From Gemmatimonadota bacterium (lineage in GTDB: Bacteria; Latescibacterota; UBA2968; UBA8231): DNA of 64,000 nucleotides. Position 1 is the first letter of the stretch. Every line of letters begins with the position of its first letter. The notes beneath the pieces are model-generated. The model was not told where the DNA came from. It made no database searches and saw only the letters and a program-made list of their open reading frames with translations. Position numbers and translations under genes: made by a program. The stretch is from contig JAYOYH010000003.1 of NCBI GenBank assembly GCA_038153405.1, forward strand, positions 98,460 through 162,459, in the 5' to 3' direction. This document shows, one piece after another, positions 1 through 10,346 of the stretch.

Positions 1-518
1 GGCAGTCCGACATTTTGGTTGTGGTCGAGAATTCGATAGAGGTATTCAGGGCTGTAGACGACGACAGTGATAAAAGCCGCCATCGTCAACAGCCAGTCCC
101 AGCGCGCGTTCCACTTGGCAAAAATTTTGTTTTTGCCGTCGTAGATGCGCATAATCCCGTAATGTTGCATAAACAGATGCCAAATCTCCCACAGCAGCAC
201 CATCAGAAAGAGGCCGTGCAGCGTATTAAACTGGGCTAAAGCCACGACGCAGAGCACGATAATGGGCGCGACGAGAAACTTCTCCTTGAATGTCGCGAAA
301 AGCTCCGGATCGCCGTAAGCGCGCATAAAACCGGGTAAATGGTGGCCCATGGCAAAGAACGACATGATAAAAAATAAAATGGTCTGTGAGTCGAAGACGG
401 AGCGCAGCGCCATCATCGGCACTAGGCACAGCAGCGGCGTACCGACGAAGAACAGCAAATCGGCGCTGGGTGAAATAATCCATTTTTGATCGCGGTGAAC
501 GGCTATTGCGCTGTTCAT
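1..518 (-). CDS. Polytopic membrane protein with His motifs (partial, runs off window start)
   Basis: Not in the ORF track. ATG at 518 with GAGGAG RBS overlapping the upstream stop; open to position 1: MNSAIAVHRDQKWIISPSADLLFFVGTPLL...GHHLPGFMRAYGD...WEIWHLFMQHYGIMRIYD. Several hydrophobic helices. Confidence 0.85.
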   Translation of the reverse strand, partial: MNSAIAVHRDQKWIISPSADLLFFVGTPLLCLVPMMALRSVFDSQTILFFIMSFFAMGHHLPGFMRAYGDPELFATFKEKFLVAPIIVLCVVALAQFNTLHGLFLMVLLWEIWHLFMQHYGIMRIYDGKNKIFAKWNARWDWLLTMAAFITVVVYSPEYLYRILDHNQNVGL

Positions 519-531
519 TGTCTGAAACTCC

Positions 532-2961
532 TCAGTAGGCCACGGCCAGAGAACGAACCGCGGCCCCTTCTCCAGAAGCGGCGCCAACATCTATTTCACA
601 GAGGTAGATACCGGGGACAGCGCGCCTACCGTCCGTCCTGCGCCCATCCCAGCGAAAGCGCGGGCTATTAGATGGGGCCGGCGCACTGAGGACGGCAACG
701 GAGTTGCCCTCCATATCGAGAATGCGCACTACGGGCGCCGCCCGATCGACTTTGAGCACGGTGAAACTAATTTCGACCTCGTCATTTATTCCATCGCCGT
801 TGGGCGTAAAGGCGCTTGGAACGATGTTTAAATCTCCTATTAACACATCGCTCGTTACCACGTCGGGCAAGTAGACGATATTGGCCTGGCGCTCCGCCTC
901 TTCGACATTCTGCCAGAGCCCTAGCCGCTCGCTATCGCCGACGTCGGCGCTAAATAGCGTCGCATTTTCGACGACCCGGGTAGTAAACTCTATTTCGAGG
1001 GAATCGCTATACACCCGTTCGGGCAGCGTCAGCGTCAACAGCGAATCGGTATTGGCGATTTGACTAGGGGCGACAGGAATCCCTCCCACGCGCACGACCA
1101 GATCCCCCTCCCCGATGCGGCCGGGCAGTCGTATGCGCAGGCGGTCAAAGCCCGAGTCGAGCGCGTCGCTGGTCGGCCACAGCGTATACGAGAAGCGGGT
1201 GGCTTCGTTGACCCCGGCCTGGCGCGGCAGCACGCGTCCAACCGCTCGCTGCACCAGCGCGTCTTCGTATTCTATCGACAGATTGCTCAGCGCGGGGGCT
1301 ACGCTGGGATCTTCCGTGGACAGGATAAGCTCGAGCTGTATATAGCGCCGCGGCGTATCGGATTGGAAGGGCTCGCCCGAAGCTTGGTAGAAGTTGCTCC
1401 ACTCTCCCCAATCCGCACCCGTCACCACCGTTGTATCGACCTTCCCGCGCAGCACTTTCGGCGAGTTGGTCCATTTCAATTCGGTCGTCTCTACGCCGGT
1501 GCGGTCGTAATGGGTATAGACCTCGCTCAAATTATTGCCCGAGCGCGAACGCAGGCGCAGCTTAGTTTGGCTGGCCAACGCGGCGTCCCACTGCAGCGAG
1601 CGAATCGCCTTGGGGCGCTGGTCGCCGCTAATCGCACCCAGATCGATAAAACCGGATCGCAGAACGACTTCAGCCGGATAGCCCGGCGAGAAGAGCATGA
1701 ATTCCATGGGCTTGGAAAACCAGCCGTTGTCTTCGTGGCCGTGCCAGAAGATATAGCGGACTTTGCGCGGCGAAAATAGGTAGCGGATATGCCGGACCTG
1801 GCGCTCGCTGGCTAGCCCGGCGTCAATGGCAATTTCCTCGCGCAGCAGCTGGTCGTAATCCAACTCACCACCGGTCGTGCGCCGCCCGTCGGAAGTGAGA
1901 ATATTAAATCCCCGACCGTGGTGTAAACCCTCAAATAGAAAGCTAGACAGGGCTTCGCCGCGGTCCTGAAAATACATGAATAGTTCGTCTAACCAGAACT
2001 GCGCACCCAGATCTACCTGCCACCACATGCCCCCTTCGCGCCAGCCGCCCTTTGTGCCACCCGAGGTAACGATAACGGCAAAGGTGTCCATATTGCCATC
2101 AAACATATTCTGGGGATCGCGCGCCAGCAGACCAAAGTTAAACGAGCCCCCGCGCTCGAGCGTGCCCAAACTCACGTTGTCTCCGGCGGAGATTACCTCA
2201 ATTTCGCTCAGCGCAACGTCGGCAGATTTCTCATCGACGACGAGGCGAACAAAGCGCACGACGCGGTAGTCTTGCTCGGCACCCAAATCGACGTCGAGCC
2301 CGGGATCGATGACGCGCGTCGTATCCAGCGCGTCTCCTACCATAGGTATAGTTATGCGGGGTTCTGCGTTTGGCTTGGTCGTTTGGTACACTTTGCGATA
2401 GCGAAAAACGTCGTCCTGCGCCTGTATGCGGCTACCCGTCGATACGAATACGCTAAACTGCACCAATGGGCGCACATCGTCACGTTGGGGAAAGATTAGA
2501 TTGATTTCACGCGCCAACACCGGACGCCCCAAATCGATATCGACGGACCAGTCGACCAACTGGTCAGCAGCGGATGGCTCCCAGTAGGTATCGGCATTAC
2601 CGTCGATGAGGAAGTCGGCATCAACCCGATTGCTACCGGCCCGCCAAATACCTCCTTGCACATCGCCGCGCTTCTGCGTCGGATGAACGAAAGTGGCCGC
2701 ATTGAGGGCGGCATTGATCGATTTGTTATACTTGACCAACTCGAGTTGCCCGTCGTTGAGGATGCGCACGGTCCCTCTGGGCATTTCCCACGCCTGCCAC
2801 TTGGCGGACGAGTCAAACGTATATATGTCGGCACCTACCGCAAAAGAGCCCACCAGCAGCAAGGCCACGACGCGCACGCTTAGCAAGGCCATAGGCTGAC
2901 ACACCGCGCCGAATATGGGTTTGTCATTTATCCTCACACCCGCTCTAACTGTGCCTGACAC
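532..2961 (-). CDS. Secreted discoidin/F5-8-like + C-terminal FlgD-Ig (FTPNGDG) protein, paralog A
   Basis: Signal-peptide-like segment (alternative ATG at 2892; GTG at 2961 has AGAGG RBS), two DGN/IDLG galactose-binding-like modules, WGEWS motif, C-terminus AFTPNGDGIND...WDG...PGIY...LAVAY. Confidence 0.85.
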   Translation of the reverse strand: MSGTVRAGVRINDKPIFGAVCQPMALLSVRVVALLLVGSFAVGADIYTFDSSAKWQAWEMPRGTVRILNDGQLELVKYNKSINAALNAATFVHPTQKRGDVQGGIWRAGSNRVDADFLIDGNADTYWEPSAADQLVDWSVDIDLGRPVLAREINLIFPQRDDVRPLVQFSVFVSTGSRIQAQDDVFRYRKVYQTTKPNAEPRITIPMVGDALDTTRVIDPGLDVDLGAEQDYRVVRFVRLVVDEKSADVALSEIEVISAGDNVSLGTLERGGSFNFGLLARDPQNMFDGNMDTFAVIVTSGGTKGGWREGGMWWQVDLGAQFWLDELFMYFQDRGEALSSFLFEGLHHGRGFNILTSDGRRTTGGELDYDQLLREEIAIDAGLASERQVRHIRYLFSPRKVRYIFWHGHEDNGWFSKPMEFMLFSPGYPAEVVLRSGFIDLGAISGDQRPKAIRSLQWDAALASQTKLRLRSRSGNNLSEVYTHYDRTGVETTELKWTNSPKVLRGKVDTTVVTGADWGEWSNFYQASGEPFQSDTPRRYIQLELILSTEDPSVAPALSNLSIEYEDALVQRAVGRVLPRQAGVNEATRFSYTLWPTSDALDSGFDRLRIRLPGRIGEGDLVVRVGGIPVAPSQIANTDSLLTLTLPERVYSDSLEIEFTTRVVENATLFSADVGDSERLGLWQNVEEAERQANIVYLPDVVTSDVLIGDLNIVPSAFTPNGDGINDEVEISFTVLKVDRAAPVVRILDMEGNSVAVLSAPAPSNSPRFRWDGRRTDGRRAVPGIYLCEIDVGAASGEGAAVRSLAVAY

Positions 2962-2984
2962 AGGGTTTTCCTCTTAGAAAGGCA

Positions 2985-5336
2985 CTAGTAGGCAACCGAC
3001 AGCGTGCGCAGCACGGTGCCCTCACCCACTTCTGTTCCCGGCACTATGCGCAGCAGATAGGCACCGGGCGCAACCAGCGCTCCCTCTGCGTTGCGCCCAT
3101 CCCACGAGAAATGCTTTTCGCTGCCTGCACCTTCTGCGCGCAGCACGGCCACTTGGCGACCGGCCAGATCCGCAATGGCCACCTCTGGCTCGGCATCGCT
3201 CGCTTTGAGCAAGACAAAGCGGATTGCCACGCGGTCGTTCACGCCATCCCCGTTCGGCGTGAAGACCTGGGGCACCACACTCAAATTATCGATGAACCGC
3301 CGCGAGTTCATTAGTTCAGGCACGTACACGATGTTGGCACGGCGCTCGACGGCTTCGACGGACTGCCAGAGCCCGGGCCGATCCAACCGCCCCAATTCAA
3401 CGCCAAAGACCGTGGCATTATCCAGAACGCGCGCAGTAAACTCGACTTCAACCGAGTCATTGGTAACGGTCTGCGGCAAATCGATAACCAGCAGCGAATC
3501 GCCCGCGCTCTCGACCGCATTGGGGATGGCTTTGGCGCCATTAATACGCAGCTCCAATGCCTTTTCATCTACAGCCGATGGAGTAAAAAAGCGCAGTCGG
3601 TCAAAACCGCTATCGCGCTCATCCGAGCGCGGATACACGACAAAAGTAAAGCGGGTTTCCGCATTGACAGGGGCTTCGCGCGGCAGCACGCGGCCCTGCG
3701 CCAACTGCACGAGCGCATCCTCGAAATCAATCGACAGCGACTGCACGATGGGCGCCACCTGAAAGTCGTCGGTCGAAATAATGAGCTCCAGTTGCACGAA
3801 GCGGCGCGGCGTTTCCGACTGAAATGGCTCGCCGGAAAACTGGTAGAAATTGCTCCATTCGCCCCAGTCGCTGCCGGCAATAATTGTCGTGTCGACCGCC
3901 CCCTTGAGCACGGCGGGCAGCGATGTCCACTTGGTCTCCGTAATTTCTTCGCCCTTGCGATCGTAAAATGCATACACGTCCTGCAGCTGATTGCCCGAAC
4001 GCGAGCGCAGCTGCAGCCGCGTCTTGGCAGGTAAGTCGGCCTGCCAGTTGAGGGCCTTTATCGCCTTGGGGCGATCGTCTCCGACTAACCGGCCCAAGTC
4101 TATAAATTCCGATTGGAGCGTAACCTGTGCCGGATAGCCCGGCGAAAACAGCATCAATTCCATCGGATGCGAGAACCAACCCTGATCGGTCAGAGAATGC
4201 CAGAATAGGTAGCGTATTTTGCGCGGGGCAAAGCGATAGCGATGGTGGCGCAGTGCACCCTCCACGCCGTTGCTCGGAGCGGGCTCAAAGATCAGCGGAG
4301 TGTAGTCAATATCGCCGGTAATTGTTCGCCGCCCGTCCGAGTAGAGCATTTCATAGCCCTGCCCGGCCTGCAGTCCTTCAAATAGAAAACTGGATAGCCC
4401 CTCGCCGCGGTCCTGCCAATAGATAAAAGCCTCGTCCAACCAGAACAGGGCACCGAGATCGGCTTCCCACCACACGCCGCTCTCGCGCCACCCGCCCTTG
4501 CTTTGCACGGTGAATATATTGCCGTAGGTATCCATGATCCCGTCGAACATATTTTGCGGTTCGCGCGCCAGCAGTCCATTGTCGAACGTGCCGCCGCGCC
4601 CTAACACGCCTAGGCTGACATTGTCCCCCGCGGCGATAACCTCCACTTCGGCCAGGGCGGCGTCGGCCGTTTTCTCGTCGGCGCGGATGCGCACAAAGCG
4701 CACCACGCGAAAATCGTTTAACTCGGCCAAGTCGACATCGAGCCCCTTGTCCACTACGCGTGTCGTATCCTGCTTGCCGACGAGCTCGATGTCGATCAGC
4801 GTTTCTCGATTGGGCTTTGTCGTGGCGTAGGTCTGCGAATATCTGAACACGTCATCTGTAGACTGAATACGCGCACCCGTCGCCGTAAATACGCTAAACT
4901 GCTGCAGAGGACGTGCGCCTTCTACATCGGGAAAGTGCAGGCGAATTCGCTCGGCCAATACGGGACGTCCGAGATCGATAGTGACGACCCAGTCGACCAA
5001 GTCATCGGCCAAATTGGGAGACCAGAACGTCTCTACATCACCGTCCATAATGCGTCCGGCAGTGCGCGCACTGCTCCCAACCTGCCATATTCCGCCGCGC
5101 ACTTGGCCGCGCTGTTGGGTCGGTTGGGTAAAAAGGTGTGCATTGACGGCTGCATTAATCGGCTTGCTGTATTTCTTGAGCTGCAATTGCCCACGTTCGC
5201 CGATTTCGACAATTCCCGCTGGTATATTCCAATTCTGCCATTTCTCCGGCGAATCGAATACGATTGTCTCTGCGCCCAGTATGCGGCCCCATAGCGTCAG
5301 CACCACGATGGTAGAAACACACCTTCTGTGCATCAT
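2985..5336 (-). CDS. Secreted discoidin-like + FlgD-Ig protein, paralog B
   Basis: ATG at 5336 after GAGG; colinear with paralog A along the whole length; ends VFTPNGDGVND...WDG...PGAY...LSVAY. Confidence 0.85.
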   Translation of the reverse strand: MMHRRCVSTIVVLTLWGRILGAETIVFDSPEKWQNWNIPAGIVEIGERGQLQLKKYSKPINAAVNAHLFTQPTQQRGQVRGGIWQVGSSARTAGRIMDGDVETFWSPNLADDLVDWVVTIDLGRPVLAERIRLHFPDVEGARPLQQFSVFTATGARIQSTDDVFRYSQTYATTKPNRETLIDIELVGKQDTTRVVDKGLDVDLAELNDFRVVRFVRIRADEKTADAALAEVEVIAAGDNVSLGVLGRGGTFDNGLLAREPQNMFDGIMDTYGNIFTVQSKGGWRESGVWWEADLGALFWLDEAFIYWQDRGEGLSSFLFEGLQAGQGYEMLYSDGRRTITGDIDYTPLIFEPAPSNGVEGALRHHRYRFAPRKIRYLFWHSLTDQGWFSHPMELMLFSPGYPAQVTLQSEFIDLGRLVGDDRPKAIKALNWQADLPAKTRLQLRSRSGNQLQDVYAFYDRKGEEITETKWTSLPAVLKGAVDTTIIAGSDWGEWSNFYQFSGEPFQSETPRRFVQLELIISTDDFQVAPIVQSLSIDFEDALVQLAQGRVLPREAPVNAETRFTFVVYPRSDERDSGFDRLRFFTPSAVDEKALELRINGAKAIPNAVESAGDSLLVIDLPQTVTNDSVEVEFTARVLDNATVFGVELGRLDRPGLWQSVEAVERRANIVYVPELMNSRRFIDNLSVVPQVFTPNGDGVNDRVAIRFVLLKASDAEPEVAIADLAGRQVAVLRAEGAGSEKHFSWDGRNAEGALVAPGAYLLRIVPGTEVGEGTVLRTLSVAY

Positions 5337-5379
5337 CCTTGCCCTCGCCAAACACGTGCCCTTTAGGAGTTTAAAAAAT

Positions 5380-5394
5380 AATTGTTTAACAATT
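5380..5394. promoter_or_regulatory. AT-rich palindrome AATTGTT-T-AACAATT, possible operator
   Basis: Perfect 7-1-7 inverted repeat in the AT-rich spacer upstream of paralog B. Confidence 0.35.
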
Positions 5395-5460
5395 TACAAT
5401 AATACGGTAGACCTTTCAAACCGCTTCATGTTGCAAAAGAAAGCTCACCATAGCGCGTAT

Positions 5461-5503
5461 AAACAGAGGGGGACGGCATTGCGGACTACCCATGCCATCC
5501 CCC
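5461..5503 (-). terminator. Putative intrinsic terminator or stabilising hairpin after paralog C
   Basis: Minus strand GGGGGATGGCAT-loop-ATGCCGTCCCCC (one G-U pair) followed by TCTGTTT, 27 nt after the stop at 5530. Confidence 0.55.
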
Positions 5504-5529
5504 CCAAGCCCTTGCTAAGACAGCGAATG

Positions 5530-7974
5530 TCAATAGGCGACGGATACGGTGTGCAGCTGAGTGGCATCGCCCGCCGCCGCATTGGTGTCAATCCGGTAGA
5601 GATAGACCCCAGGCGCCACGCGCTGCCCCGCCTCATCGCGCCCGTCCCATACAAAGCGGCGCGAGGGCCCCATCGATTCACCCGCCAAGCGCGCCACCAC
5701 CCGACCCGCCATATCCAACACCTGCACCTGCGGCTCAATTGAATCGGCCTTCAGCAGAACAAAGCTCAGCGACAGCGCGTCGTTGACGCCATCCCCGTTG
5801 GGCGTAAAGGCGCGACCCGACACCTGCAAGTCGTCGATCAAGCGATCCGTTGTCACCAAGTCGGGCAGCAGCACCACGTTCGAACGCCGCGCGGCCGGCT
5901 CCACGTCCTGCCAAATATCCGGCGAATCGCTCGAGCCCAGATCCAGCTCGATGACCGAGGCGTTGCGCACCAAGCGCGTGGTAAAGCCCACTGTGACCGA
6001 ATCGCCCAGCACCGCTTCGGCCAGCGACACCAGCAGCGAATCGCCCTGCACGCCCACTGAAAGCGGCGCGACCACCTGCTGGCCCACAATCACCTCGACA
6101 TCACCGACCGACAGCAGGTCCGGCACCACAAAGCGCATCCGATCAAAGCCCGCATTTTCCCCGCCAGCATCCGGCCACAGCGTGTAGGTAAAGCGCGTAT
6201 CCTCGTTGGGCTTGGCGCTGCGCGGATAAATCGTCCCGCGCGCCCCGTTGACCAGCGCATCGACGTATTCCAGCGACACCGAGCGAATCAGCGGAGCCAC
6301 CTCGTAGTCTTCAGTGGCCAGAATCAGTTCCAACTGCACAAAGCGACGCGGACTATCCGACTGAAATGACTCGCCGGAAAATTTGTATTCGTTGCTCCAC
6401 TCGCTCCAGTCTTCACCCACTACGACCGTCGTATCGACCGGACCGCGCAGCACCTTGGGCGAACTGTTCCACTTCTCTTCCGTCACGATCTCGCCGATCT
6501 TGTTGCGGAAGGTGTATTCCTCGCCCTGCTCATTGCCCGAGCGCGTCCGCAGTTCAATGCGCGCGCCCGGCGGAAGGTCGGCATCCCAGTGCACCGCCTT
6601 GATCACCTTTGGCTGACCGTCGCCGGCCAACTGACCTAGGTTGATAAAGTCCGAGCGCAGCACGACTTCGGCCGGATAGCCCGGCGAATACATGTGGAAT
6701 TCCATTGGATGGGCGCGCCAACCCAAGTCGTATAGGGCCAACCAAAAAATGTGACGCACCTTGCGCGCGTTAAAGAGATAGCGATAGTGCCGCTTGAACT
6801 GTTCGCGGACATTGGTCCACTCCGGCTCAAAAATCCACTCGGTATAGTCCATATCGCCCGACAGCGTGCGCGTGCCGTCGGAAGAGAAAAAGGTGTAGCC
6901 GGTGCCCGCATTATTCGTGCCCAAACTAAACGTCGCCAGTCGCTCACCGGCTTTTTGCCAGTACATAAACGCGTCGTCAACCCAGTAGGTGACTCCCAGA
7001 TCGACCTGCCACCACAGACCGCCCTCGTAGGCCGTGCCGCGCGATTCGGTAAATTGCTGATGCACTTCGACTACGCCGTAGGTATTTAGGTTGCCGTCCA
7101 GCCAGTAGAGTGGATCGGTGGCGCGCGAGCCGTTGACATACGAACCGCCGCGCGTCTCTGCGCCTAAGCTGATGTTGTCGCCAACGGAAATCACCTCAAT
7201 TTCGGCCAGTGCACCGTCCACTTGCTGCTCGTCGACGATAAAGCGCACAAACTGAATCATCTGCCATTCCGAGTTAAATGCGACCACCTCGGCGTCGCCC
7301 ACTAGGCCCTGCACCTCACCGTCCGTGCGCCCCCTGGCCATGGCCAGGGCACGGCGGTCGTCCGTCAGCGTTTCTAAGACCCGCGCCGTATCCTCTTCGG
7401 CCGGACGAAAGCCGAAGCGCACCACCGAATCGCGATTGGGCTGCGTCGTGCGGTAGACCGGATTAAAGCGAAAGACATCGTCTTTGGCCGAAACGTGGGC
7501 CCCGGTAGCGGTAAACACGCTAAACTGGCGGAAGGGACGCGCCCCTTCCGCGTCGGGAAAGTGGAGGCGAATCTCCTTGACCAACACCGCCCGGCCCAGG
7601 TCGATCTGCACGATCCATTGGTCGACCGAATCGTCCCCATCCGGCTGCCAGTAGGTCGTGCGATCCCCGTCGATCAGCAGCGGCGCATCGCGCGCGTTGC
7701 TCAGGGCCGACCAGATGCCCCCGCTGACGTCGCCGCGCTCGTTGGAAGGATGCGAAAATAGATGGGCATCCTGCGTCGCGTTGATGTCCTTGCGAAACTT
7801 GACCAGACCCAGATGGCCCGATTCGTCGAATACCGTGATGCCCGGCTTCAACTCCCACGTGCTCTGCCAGGCATTCTGATCGCCAAATGTCAGCATATCT
7901 CCCCGGGCCGTTGACCCGATAAGAGCGCTGCCGAGCATTCCGCAGAAGACGATTAGTTTTCCATACCTTGCCAT
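5530..7974 (-). CDS. Secreted discoidin-like + FlgD-Ig protein, paralog C
   Basis: Signal peptide MARYGKLIVF...TARG; same architecture as A and B with an extra insertion after DTARV; ends AFTPNGDGVND...WDG...PGVY...VSVAY. Confidence 0.88.
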   Translation of the reverse strand: MARYGKLIVFCGMLGSALIGSTARGDMLTFGDQNAWQSTWELKPGITVFDESGHLGLVKFRKDINATQDAHLFSHPSNERGDVSGGIWSALSNARDAPLLIDGDRTTYWQPDGDDSVDQWIVQIDLGRAVLVKEIRLHFPDAEGARPFRQFSVFTATGAHVSAKDDVFRFNPVYRTTQPNRDSVVRFGFRPAEEDTARVLETLTDDRRALAMARGRTDGEVQGLVGDAEVVAFNSEWQMIQFVRFIVDEQQVDGALAEIEVISVGDNISLGAETRGGSYVNGSRATDPLYWLDGNLNTYGVVEVHQQFTESRGTAYEGGLWWQVDLGVTYWVDDAFMYWQKAGERLATFSLGTNNAGTGYTFFSSDGTRTLSGDMDYTEWIFEPEWTNVREQFKRHYRYLFNARKVRHIFWLALYDLGWRAHPMEFHMYSPGYPAEVVLRSDFINLGQLAGDGQPKVIKAVHWDADLPPGARIELRTRSGNEQGEEYTFRNKIGEIVTEEKWNSSPKVLRGPVDTTVVVGEDWSEWSNEYKFSGESFQSDSPRRFVQLELILATEDYEVAPLIRSVSLEYVDALVNGARGTIYPRSAKPNEDTRFTYTLWPDAGGENAGFDRMRFVVPDLLSVGDVEVIVGQQVVAPLSVGVQGDSLLVSLAEAVLGDSVTVGFTTRLVRNASVIELDLGSSDSPDIWQDVEPAARRSNVVLLPDLVTTDRLIDDLQVSGRAFTPNGDGVNDALSLSFVLLKADSIEPQVQVLDMAGRVVARLAGESMGPSRRFVWDGRDEAGQRVAPGVYLYRIDTNAAAGDATQLHTVSVAY

Positions 7975-8154
7975 AGTCGGTTCTACCCTTCGCTATAGAG
8001 CGTCGTTAGCCCCTATCTATGCACCCAATTGGCGCTATACATATACAAAAAGTATCAGCATAGTTCCTCGAGCCGGTGGCCCGATAAAAGCGCTGCCAAG
8101 CAGTAGACAGACGGCCATGCGCTTTCCGCATATTGATCCGGCCCCTCTCTCTAC

Positions 8155-10200
8155 TTAGTAAACCACGCCGATGGGGCGTATCTGTAGGTCGCTTTGCTTC
8201 TCGGCCTCTATGCCGATTCCCAGCAGATAGAGACCCGGCGGCAGGGCGTTACCGCTGGCGTCGCGACCGTCCCAACTCAGTTCCTGCGGGCCCGAATCTT
8301 GAAGGCCTTTATCAATCGAAGCAACGAGGCGGCCGTCGAGAGAAAATACCTGAATCTGCACGGGGACTCCCTGCGGTAGCCCGTAGAGCGAATAGGTAAT
8401 TCTCAACTCGTCGTTGATACCATCCCCATTGGGCGTCACCGCGCCCGACGAAAAGGTCAGGTTTTGCACGAGATCGGGAGCTTCACTTGAAGAGGCCAGC
8501 ACGCGCAAGCCGTTGGTCCCGATCGCCTCGCTGGCATCGCCGCCCTCTACCGGCTGCGGCAAATCGGTGCTGCCGACGTTATACACCTCGCCGGTAAACG
8601 TGCGGGCAAAGTCAAAAACCTCCGCGGCAAACTGCACCTGTAGACTGGGATTGCGCGCCCTGGTAACGCGGTCGGCCAATTCGATGACGATGGCCGAGCC
8701 ATCGAGTTCGGCGCGGATCGGATCGACAGAAACGCCGTCAATAGCCAGCGCTTTAAACTCGGTCTTCTCGCTGCCGGTGTGGATGCGCAGTGCGTCAAAA
8801 CCAGGTTCGGCGCTGCCGAACTGCGCCTTAATTTCGTATACGAAGTCGGTCATCTCGCCCAAATTGACCTCGGCTACGCCGCGGACCGGACTGGGTTCAT
8901 CAAGGCGAGCCACCTCACCGACCACGCGGGTGGCCAGGATGGGCGACGTCTCAATCCACAGCGAGTCTAGCCGGGCAAACTCGTCAAAGCGCTCGCTGTG
9001 CAAGACGACTTTTAGCTGTAGGTGGGAGCCTCGGTTGAGGCTGAGTAAATTGCCCGACTCGGTCGTCGGAAAGGACCAGAACGTCCAGTTTTCCGTGTCG
9101 GACTCTACGCCGGCGCGAATACCGGGCTTGGGACGCACGGACAGCGTCACCGATCCGCCGAGGCCATCCGAGTTCGTAATATTGTTCGTCTGGTTTTTCA
9201 AAACGTTCTGATAGCGTTCCTGCGTAACGACGACGCGGGTCCCCATATCGGTATATTCGTAATAAATATCGGGCACCGGATCGACCCCCGTGCGCGCCTC
9301 GACTTCGGCCCACACGTTGGCTGTAGGGGCCTCGACCGCGACCCCATCAACCATGCGCATCGGCGTGATATGCCAATACAGGCGCCCAAAGTTGACGACG
9401 TCGTCCAACTCTAAAATCGTCGTCTTATAGTTGGCGCGCTTGGGCATGCCCTCACCGTACAGTGAAAATTCGCCCACCGTGCCTTTTCGCGCCGTGCCCC
9501 CCGTATTATCTGAAATGGCGTTGATATCGAGGATGGAATCTAGCCGCTTGTAGCGCACGTAGCGCACATACTGCTTGGGAAAGTTGGCAAAGATAATGGG
9601 GCGCGTATTTTCACGAGCTTCGGTTATAATTTCCCCAATGGGGCTCGAAGTATTCAGCACATCGTTGTTGGTATCGGGTGCAATAGATACTTCGAAAGCG
9701 GGTATGGCGTCCTGATCCAACGGCGTGCCGTCCGAGCGAAAAAAACCGGCATCTGGCGTGCGCAATGCAAAGCGGAACAGTGGAATGGGGACGCCCAAGT
9801 CGATGGTGTAATACTCGCTGGCAATGCTGTTACTCGTAGTGGGGTTATAGGTCAGGCCCGTTCCGTCGATTAGATTCAAAGCGTTATCTACCGTCGAACT
9901 GGTCCCACAGCACCCCTTCCACGCGCGCGGTCGCTCGCCGTCGACAAAGCCCAATTCATCCGGATTTTTCTTTGGCGACCAATCCTCGAGAAATATAAAA
10001 ACAGTCGAGTCGGACGTTACGAGTTTGGGCTGTATGGACGTGCGCGCCGCTTCGAAGTCAATCATAACCTGCGCTGAATCATTGCCAGCCCAGGGCAAAC
10101 CGCTGCCACCCATCTTCCACAAAGTAACTTCGGCATTACCCATCGAAGCACCCGCGACAAGCGTTATAAGCGCCAACCAACGCTTTGCAATTGACCTCAT
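8155..10200 (-). CDS. Secreted FlgD-Ig protein, paralog D (one discoidin-like module)
   Basis: ATG at 10200 with AGGAG RBS; signal peptide; LIDG/IDLG module, RTG..ENWTFWS motif; ends VTPNGDGIND...WDG...PGLY...IGVVY. Confidence 0.85.
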   Translation of the reverse strand: MRSIAKRWLALITLVAGASMGNAEVTLWKMGGSGLPWAGNDSAQVMIDFEAARTSIQPKLVTSDSTVFIFLEDWSPKKNPDELGFVDGERPRAWKGCCGTSSTVDNALNLIDGTGLTYNPTTSNSIASEYYTIDLGVPIPLFRFALRTPDAGFFRSDGTPLDQDAIPAFEVSIAPDTNNDVLNTSSPIGEIITEARENTRPIIFANFPKQYVRYVRYKRLDSILDINAISDNTGGTARKGTVGEFSLYGEGMPKRANYKTTILELDDVVNFGRLYWHITPMRMVDGVAVEAPTANVWAEVEARTGVDPVPDIYYEYTDMGTRVVVTQERYQNVLKNQTNNITNSDGLGGSVTLSVRPKPGIRAGVESDTENWTFWSFPTTESGNLLSLNRGSHLQLKVVLHSERFDEFARLDSLWIETSPILATRVVGEVARLDEPSPVRGVAEVNLGEMTDFVYEIKAQFGSAEPGFDALRIHTGSEKTEFKALAIDGVSVDPIRAELDGSAIVIELADRVTRARNPSLQVQFAAEVFDFARTFTGEVYNVGSTDLPQPVEGGDASEAIGTNGLRVLASSSEAPDLVQNLTFSSGAVTPNGDGINDELRITYSLYGLPQGVPVQIQVFSLDGRLVASIDKGLQDSGPQELSWDGRDASGNALPPGLYLLGIGIEAEKQSDLQIRPIGVVY

Positions 10201-10346
10201 GTTTCTACTCCTCTTATTGGGATCCTGCCACAACTGTGACAACAAGCCAAAGAGATCGCCACCGATTGCCGTTTTCCTAGTTGGAAAAGTCAAACTTTTC
10301 CTTTAAAAGTAAGGCTATGAACGCCCCTAAGCAATATATTGCCCCC

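Noticed and set aside
226..483. 85-aa ORF from the track
   Set aside because: Wrong frame; the frame starting at 518 has an RBS and a coherent membrane-protein sequence.
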